The position numbers and the translations under genes were made by a program. The notes beneath the pieces were generated by a model that did no database searches, was not told the origin of the DNA, and saw only the letters and a program-made list of their open reading frames with translations. A DNA stretch of 64,000 nt. It comes from an uncultured virus (IMG/VR IMGVR_UViG_3300030329_002885) (lineage: Duplodnaviria > Heunggongvirae > Uroviricota > Caudoviricetes > Crassvirales). The DNA is taken from IMG/VR virus record IMGVR_UViG_3300030329_002885; one strand, 5' to 3'. Shown here in pieces: positions 58,147 through 64,000 of the stretch (its first letter is position 1; the number at the start of each line of letters is the position of its first letter).

Positions 58147-60686
58147 TGGCTAGATACGACTTACCACAATATCAATCTGTTTATAGAGACCCACAGTCTG
58201 TGGCTATAAACAAAGAGTTAAGAGATAGATATACTGCTGCTTTTTTAGCTGATGATGAGCTAACTGCAGCTGTTGATGCAATGAATGCAGCAGACTTTGA
58301 AGGAGATCAACAATTAAAAAATCAATTAGCAACACAATATAATGCTAAGCTAGCAGAAAGAGCACGAAGAGGAGATTATGAAACTATGGGGACCTCTGTT
58401 ATGAGGGACGCTAGAAAATTTACTCAAGGATATGCTCCGATTAAACAAAACTATGACGCTGTTCAAGCATATGTTTCAGAACTTAAAAAAAGATTAGGAG
58501 AAGGTAAAATATCTGAAGAACAATATGCACATGCAATGGGATTATCTACTCAAGGCTATAATGGTTTAGTGCAAAGAGCAGATGGTAGTATAGATGAAAG
58601 CAGTTATTTTAATGGTACTAGAATAGTAAACTATCAAGATATTAGTGCTTTGATTGATGAGCGTATGGAGGCGTTAGAAGCTGAAGAAGGAGGATCTAAA
58701 ATACGAAGAGTAGGACAAGGACCTGATGCTATGTATGAAAGATTAGTAGGTAATGAATGGAAAATTGTATCTCAAGCTAGAGTAGATGCAGTTGTAGCTG
58801 ATGTAATGTCTGATCCAAATGTACAAGCTTATCTTAATCAAATAGGAGATATAAGAAGTTATAATGTGTCTGATGAGGATATTAAAAGTAGCTTATCTAT
58901 GTCTCTATATGGTAATCCTGATGACCCAGAAGACGGAGGATTAAAAGGAGAATTAGCAAAATTAGTAGCATCTGGTAAAACAGATAAAAAGACTGTAGCT
59001 ACAATGGAAGCTTTACAAGAAGAGATTAGAAGAATGGAAGAGCTATTACCAGGAGAAGGTATAGAAGATAGTGAGGAGCTAGTTCTTAAACGTAAGCAAG
59101 CATTAAAGAATGAAAGAATTCAAGAAGAAATAATGAGAAAAACTGGTGTAGCTAGATCAACTCATATGATGCACAATGTTTGGACAGAAGATCTTCAAGA
59201 GTATGATCAAATGCATTTAGCAAGATATAAACAATATTTAGCTGACTACGTTCCAACAGTTTATGAAGATACAGGTATGACTCAAATAGAATCTCCGTCA
59301 GGAACAAGTACTAAATCTGTAACTACTTATATAGATAAACATAATGACATGATACAGGCTATACTAGATGATGCTACAGCGTATGCAGTTGAAAATCATG
59401 GATTAGAAACAGATGAAACTGGAGTACCTTTAAGAAAATTTACTATAGATGATATTAAAAATGGTAATGTGCCAGAGGGTATGGAAGGCTTAGTAGATTC
59501 TTATAGAAATAAAATATATGCTTTAGAAACTCAAAAAATTATAGCAGAAAAAAGATTAGAGAAAGCAAGGACTGATATGGGATATTCTTTAGATACTGAT
59601 AAAGAGGCAGAACAAAAATTCTTATCTAATACATTTAAGTCTACGTATGGACCAGGTAAAGACAGTATAACTGGTCAACAAATGGTTGATGCAATAAATA
59701 AATTATATGAAGAGACACCAGGTTATACTCCTATGGGGTATGAAGAAGCTTTAGAGAAATTGAATCAATTACAAAAAATAGCTGCAGCCTATGATCCTAC
59801 AGAAATTAATGTTACTGTTGAAGGTCAAGCACAAAACGCAAGACGAAAACAAGCTTTTGAAGCAGTAAACTATTTTAATAAGATGCTAAAAGAAGATTAT
59901 AATGTATCGTTAGGTTCAAAACAACTGGTAATAGATGATATGTTAAGGTTTAAAAATGACTATATTAGAACAAGAGATAACGAAATAGATGCATATCTTG
60001 AGAAAAACTCTAAACTACAAACAGGAGGTATGACTTCCAGCACTATGCCAGGTTTAGATAATAGACAAGTTATTGCAAATACTAAAGCTGTTAAAAATCA
60101 TTTTGAAAAGAAACTTCTTAATCCTAATTTTAAAATATTTTATAATGGTCAAAAACAATCTGATGGAACAGGAACAGCTGCACAATTAGTAGAAGATTTA
60201 GAGTGGGATGAAACAGCGGTTACCGTAACTCAAGTTACATTTGACACTACTCCATACTTAGGAGAACCTACTTTACAATTTAAAGTTAAAGGTAAAAAAG
60301 ACGGTAAAGATGTCACTACAATAGTTAAAGTACCTTATAGTAATATGCAACAAGCAGGTATGGACCAATACTTTAATCAGCCTAGTTATAGAATGGCTTT
60401 AGAAGTTAACATGGCTAGACATAGTAATTTACCAGGAACTAATATAGGATTCTTTGACAAAAATGGAAAACAAACAAGTTCAATATCTTGGGATTTTTCT
60501 ACAGGTAAAAGCGCAGGAGATGTAATAAGATATACAGATGTAAATGGAAAAATACAATCTATTACAGCACAAGCCGCAGCACAAATGATTGATGATGCTG
60601 GGCGTATTGATGATAGAAAAACTATTAATGGTGAACCTAATCCAAATTTTGGTAAACCTATGCACGTCTTTAGAACAATAAAATAA
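58146..60686 (+). CDS. Ejected cargo protein
   Basis: MARYD.P.YQS.Y..P N-terminus, helical, precedes the giant ORF. Confidence 0.6.
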   Translation: MARYDLPQYQSVYRDPQSVAINKELRDRYTAAFLADDELTAAVDAMNAADFEGDQQLKNQLATQYNAKLAERARRGDYETMGTSVMRDARKFTQGYAPIKQNYDAVQAYVSELKKRLGEGKISEEQYAHAMGLSTQGYNGLVQRADGSIDESSYFNGTRIVNYQDISALIDERMEALEAEEGGSKIRRVGQGPDAMYERLVGNEWKIVSQARVDAVVADVMSDPNVQAYLNQIGDIRSYNVSDEDIKSSLSMSLYGNPDDPEDGGLKGELAKLVASGKTDKKTVATMEALQEEIRRMEELLPGEGIEDSEELVLKRKQALKNERIQEEIMRKTGVARSTHMMHNVWTEDLQEYDQMHLARYKQYLADYVPTVYEDTGMTQIESPSGTSTKSVTTYIDKHNDMIQAILDDATAYAVENHGLETDETGVPLRKFTIDDIKNGNVPEGMEGLVDSYRNKIYALETQKIIAEKRLEKARTDMGYSLDTDKEAEQKFLSNTFKSTYGPGKDSITGQQMVDAINKLYEETPGYTPMGYEEALEKLNQLQKIAAAYDPTEINVTVEGQAQNARRKQAFEAVNYFNKMLKEDYNVSLGSKQLVIDDMLRFKNDYIRTRDNEIDAYLEKNSKLQTGGMTSSTMPGLDNRQVIANTKAVKNHFEKKLLNPNFKIFYNGQKQSDGTGTAAQLVEDLEWDETAVTVTQVTFDTTPYLGEPTLQFKVKGKKDGKDVTTIVKVPYSNMQQAGMDQYFNQPSYRMALEVNMARHSNLPGTNIGFFDKNGKQTSSISWDFSTGKSAGDVIRYTDVNGKIQSITAQAAAQMIDDAGRIDDRKTINGEPNPNFGKPMHVFRTIK

Positions 60687-60687
60687 T

Positions 60688-63600
60688 ATGCCTGATACAC
60701 CAATAGTGACGTATAAATCAAAACCGGTTGAAATAAATCCTCTTACAGGACTACCTATGGGAGGTACTCCTACTATAGATACTACTGGACCGCAAGAGGT
60801 TCCTATAAATCCTTTAACAGGAAATCCTATGAAAAATGTTAGACCTGGAGTAACATTAGGGGGAGGAGCTGGCACACCAGACTTAATGCAATCTCAACTA
60901 TATGGTAGTCAATATAATACTTATCGTAAAGATAATATTAATAGATATTTAAAATACGATGTGCCTTTAGGTCAAGACCTAGACTGGGACGAAATAAGAG
61001 CACGTAATCAATCTACTGCAGATAAATGGGGTAATGGTTTAGCTAAAATGGGAGTTACTGCATTAGGGGCTATTACTGAAAATACAATAGGATTTCTTGC
61101 AGGTATGGGTGAAATGATCAATGGTGGTTCTTACTATGATAATAGTGTAGGTAAAACAGTAGATAGAGTTAATGAATGGATGAGAGAACATATGCCTAAT
61201 TATTATACTCAAAGAGAACAAGAAATGAGTGTTCTTCAAGGAATGGGAACAGCTAACTTTTGGGCAGATAAGGTAGCAGGAGGTATAGGATATTCTCTTG
61301 GGTCTATTGCTACAATGTATTTAACAGGAGGAGGCGGATTACTCACTAAAGGAGCAAGCGCTATGGCTAGGCAAATGGGTATATATAATGCTACTAAAGC
61401 AATTATAAATGGTACATCTTTAGCTAAAAATATTACACAAGGAGCTAGTCTAGCTACTAGGATAAGAAGAGCTACACAAATGTTAGAAGCAGGGGCTATG
61501 ATGTCTTTTGCTGAAGGCTCTGTAGAGTCAAGAGAGACTCAAAAAGAAACATATGAAATGCTAGTAAATCAATATTTACAAGAGCGTCCTGGTATGAGTG
61601 AGGCTGATATACCAGCAGATAAACTAAGACAATTTGAAAACACATCTTATGCTGCAGGTAATACTAATTTCCTTTTACAAATGCCTGTACTAATGGGAAC
61701 TAACTTACTTATGTTTGGTAAACAAGTAACTGGATTTAAAGGTATGAGTCAAGCTAACGCAGATGTTATGTTTGATTCAGCAGCAAGGAAAGCAGTTAAT
61801 AGGCTAGCAGAGCAGGGGATTGTAGCGCAGTCGTTATCTAGACTTAGACCTGTATTTATGAATGGTATTGGTGAAACAATGCAAGAAAGTTTACAATTTG
61901 GTAGTGGGGCTTTTTCTAGCACATACCACACAGATAAATATAATAATGGAGGGCATGGAGATATGTCAAAAGCATTAGCTGCAGCTGGAGATGCAATGCT
62001 TTCTAAAGAAGGTTTAGAATCTGCTTTAATAGGATTTTTAACTGGAGGTATTATGGGAGGTGGACAATCTGTTATAGGTAAAACATATGCAACTAGAAAA
62101 AGTAATGCACAAGCTCTTACGGATTTAATAAATAGTGGAATATTTGACAAAGCAAATCAAAGATATGGTACAGCTGAAGCTTCATCTGCAGTTCTTAAAA
62201 GAATGCATGATGCTCTTCAAAAAGGCGATATAAAAAAATTTAAAGATGAGCAGTATAAGCTTATACAATATCAAGCATTAGAAGCATTAGAAAGAGGTGG
62301 GTTTGATGTTATGGTTCAAAAACTAGAAGACTCTAAAAATTTATCTGAAACAGAATTTATGGAGTATTATGGTTATCCGCAAGAAGACAACTCTGGTAAA
62401 CCATTAACTTTAAAAGATTCTACTGATAAATCTCAAGACGAAGTTATAGATGGAGTTATAGAAAAGTTAAAACGATTTGAACAAACATATGATACTGTAA
62501 ATGAAAGATTTCCTTTGCAAGACAAAACATCAGGACTTCCTAGATTGTTAATGTCTACAGAAGAAAGAGCAGCAGAAGATGCCGTTTACAATAAACAAGT
62601 AAACTTAAGAAATAATCTTATATTTTACGGGTCTGAAATTAAAGATAGGAATAGAAGAATGGATGCTATTACTAATCAAATGCAAGACACTTTAAACGAC
62701 TCTTTACAAGGCAGTGCTTATGCTGGTACAGGACCTCAACTTGATGTGCATGGAGCATTACAAGAACAAAGACCATCTTTTAAAGGAATAGACCTACTTA
62801 AAGATGAGACTGGCGAAGTTGAGCCAGCTACTGAATATGACGCTACTAAACAATTACAAGATACTGGAAAAAAACTTCAACAAATAGCAGATAACTTAAG
62901 ATTAACAGACCCTATAGCAGCAGATAAATTTACACAGCAGGCAAATGATTATATGGAGTTATTAAGAGATAACAATACTGCTCTTGACGCTTATAATAAA
63001 TTGTCTTCAGATAGCTATGCTCAAGAGCAAATGCAAAAAGAAATTGAAGAAAGAGAAGCTATAGCTAAACAAAATAAAATAGACAAAGCTGTAACAGAAG
63101 CTGTTGAGAACGCTGAAGCTCCACAAGACTTTGACAATGTAGATTTAGAAAACGCATCTCCAGAAATTGCTGCTAAAGGTAAAGCAAAATTAATGGAACT
63201 TCGAGATGCTGAGTTTGCTGAGTATAGAAAATACATGGCAGAAGATCCTAACGAAACTGATAATGAAAAATTAGAACGTTTAAAAAAGATAGACAAAACT
63301 AAATTAACTTCTATTCAAAAAGCAGGTTTAGCAAAAGCTATAAATACTTTAGAAAATAAACTTAATGAAGATCCAGATACAGCAGAAGAGCTTCCATCTA
63401 GAGAAGAAGATAATGTAATGGAAGAAGCATTCCAACCAGATAATGTTGGAGGTGTAGAGTTAATTAGTGAAGACGGTAGAAAGTTTCAAGTTGATGGAGT
63501 AGAGTTACACAACAGAGAACTTAATCCTTTAGATGCAATAGTTAGAACTAGAGCAGGAAGAATAAAACAAATTAACTTAACAGATAAAAACGGCAAACGT

Positions 63601-64000
63601 AAAATTATATGGAAACAACCTACGGTTGATGCATTAGCTTATGCTATTTTAATGTCTGAACAACTTAAGCTTGACACAGAGCAAGGTAAAATTAGAGAAG
63701 AGTTATTAGATAGAAAAGAAGTTGTTTTAGAAGAAGTAGAAAAAGAAATGGGTCGTAAGACTGGGCACGGAGCTAAAACATCTGAAAGTTTAAGACAAGA
63801 AATATACTCTTTAGAATTAGGATTACAAGAAATTTTAGATGCTTATGATGAATTAAGGACTAGTTATATACAAGATGCTGGAGCTACTAAAGAAGAACTT
63901 AAAAACGACCCAGACCTTACAGAGCTAAAGAAAAAAATAAAATCATTAAAATTACAAATATCTCATAGAAGAAGAATATTACAAACTAGAGCTGAAGACT
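60688..64000 (+). CDS. Giant virion cargo protein, N-terminal part (probably the virion RNA polymerase-related polyprotein; truncated)
   Basis: Hand-translated from ATG 60688: MPDTPIVTYKSKPVEINPLTG...RARNQSTADKWGNGLAK...NEWMREHMPNYYT...NFWADKV. Appears open to the window end; no RNAP catalytic motif seen within the window. Confidence 0.65.
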   Translation, partial: MPDTPIVTYKSKPVEINPLTGLPMGGTPTIDTTGPQEVPINPLTGNPMKNVRPGVTLGGGAGTPDLMQSQLYGSQYNTYRKDNINRYLKYDVPLGQDLDWDEIRARNQSTADKWGNGLAKMGVTALGAITENTIGFLAGMGEMINGGSYYDNSVGKTVDRVNEWMREHMPNYYTQREQEMSVLQGMGTANFWADKVAGGIGYSLGSIATMYLTGGGGLLTKGASAMARQMGIYNATKAIINGTSLAKNITQGASLATRIRRATQMLEAGAMMSFAEGSVESRETQKETYEMLVNQYLQERPGMSEADIPADKLRQFENTSYAAGNTNFLLQMPVLMGTNLLMFGKQVTGFKGMSQANADVMFDSAARKAVNRLAEQGIVAQSLSRLRPVFMNGIGETMQESLQFGSGAFSSTYHTDKYNNGGHGDMSKALAAAGDAMLSKEGLESALIGFLTGGIMGGGQSVIGKTYATRKSNAQALTDLINSGIFDKANQRYGTAEASSAVLKRMHDALQKGDIKKFKDEQYKLIQYQALEALERGGFDVMVQKLEDSKNLSETEFMEYYGYPQEDNSGKPLTLKDSTDKSQDEVIDGVIEKLKRFEQTYDTVNERFPLQDKTSGLPRLLMSTEERAAEDAVYNKQVNLRNNLIFYGSEIKDRNRRMDAITNQMQDTLNDSLQGSAYAGTGPQLDVHGALQEQRPSFKGIDLLKDETGEVEPATEYDATKQLQDTGKKLQQIADNLRLTDPIAADKFTQQANDYMELLRDNNTALDAYNKLSSDSYAQEQMQKEIEEREAIAKQNKIDKAVTEAVENAEAPQDFDNVDLENASPEIAAKGKAKLMELRDAEFAEYRKYMAEDPNETDNEKLERLKKIDKTKLTSIQKAGLAKAINTLENKLNEDPDTAEELPSREEDNVMEEAFQPDNVGGVELISEDGRKFQVDGVELHNRELNPLDAIVRTRAGRIKQINLTDKNGKRKIIWKQPTVDALAYAILMSEQLKLDTEQGKIREELLDRKEVVLEEVEKEMGRKTGHGAKTSESLRQEIYSLELGLQEILDAYDELRTSYIQDAGATKEELKNDPDLTELKKKIKSLKLQISHRRRILQTRAED

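Noticed and set aside
14345..63296. Short minus-strand and alternate-frame ORFs inside structural genes (for example 30648, 32043, 40992)
   Set aside because: They are shadows of codon bias and coding repeats, with no independent signals.
1..64000. Stop-codon reassignment as in some crAss-like phages
   Set aside because: Long genes are intact in the standard code, and TAG and TGA end genes at sensible boundaries (for example 23603, 46699, 47577, 13345).

Overview
About 64 kb of an AT-rich crAss-like (Crassvirales-type) podovirus genome. Promoter boxes, lipoprotein signals and a T9SS sorting domain point to a Bacteroidota host, probably Flavobacteriia. The genetic code is standard. Bases 1-11901 are on the minus strand: a replication block (primase, SSB, AAA ATPase, DnaB, SF2 helicase, family A DNA polymerase) preceded by tiny membrane or lipoprotein ORFs interleaved with several multi-stem non-coding elements. 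The coding strand switches near 11950. From 12078 onward the plus strand carries a promoter-bracketed structured RNA candidate of about 265 nt, GroES, terminase, a SET-domain gene, portal, capsid and tail genes, lysis candidates, a host-envelope module (outer-membrane beta-barrel, thioredoxin-fold protein, T9SS-exported Cys-repeat protein) and the ejected cargo proteins, the last truncated by the window edge. Most notable: (1) a recurring [YMF]-x-x-G-G motif that splits the post-portal protein into effector-like modules and also marks four other putative head-cargo proteins; (2) a phage-encoded T9SS substrate sharing repeats with a putative virion protein; (3) a large unassigned structured RNA plus a cluster of smaller structured elements. 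All calls come from reading motifs by eye; no searches or folding programs were run.
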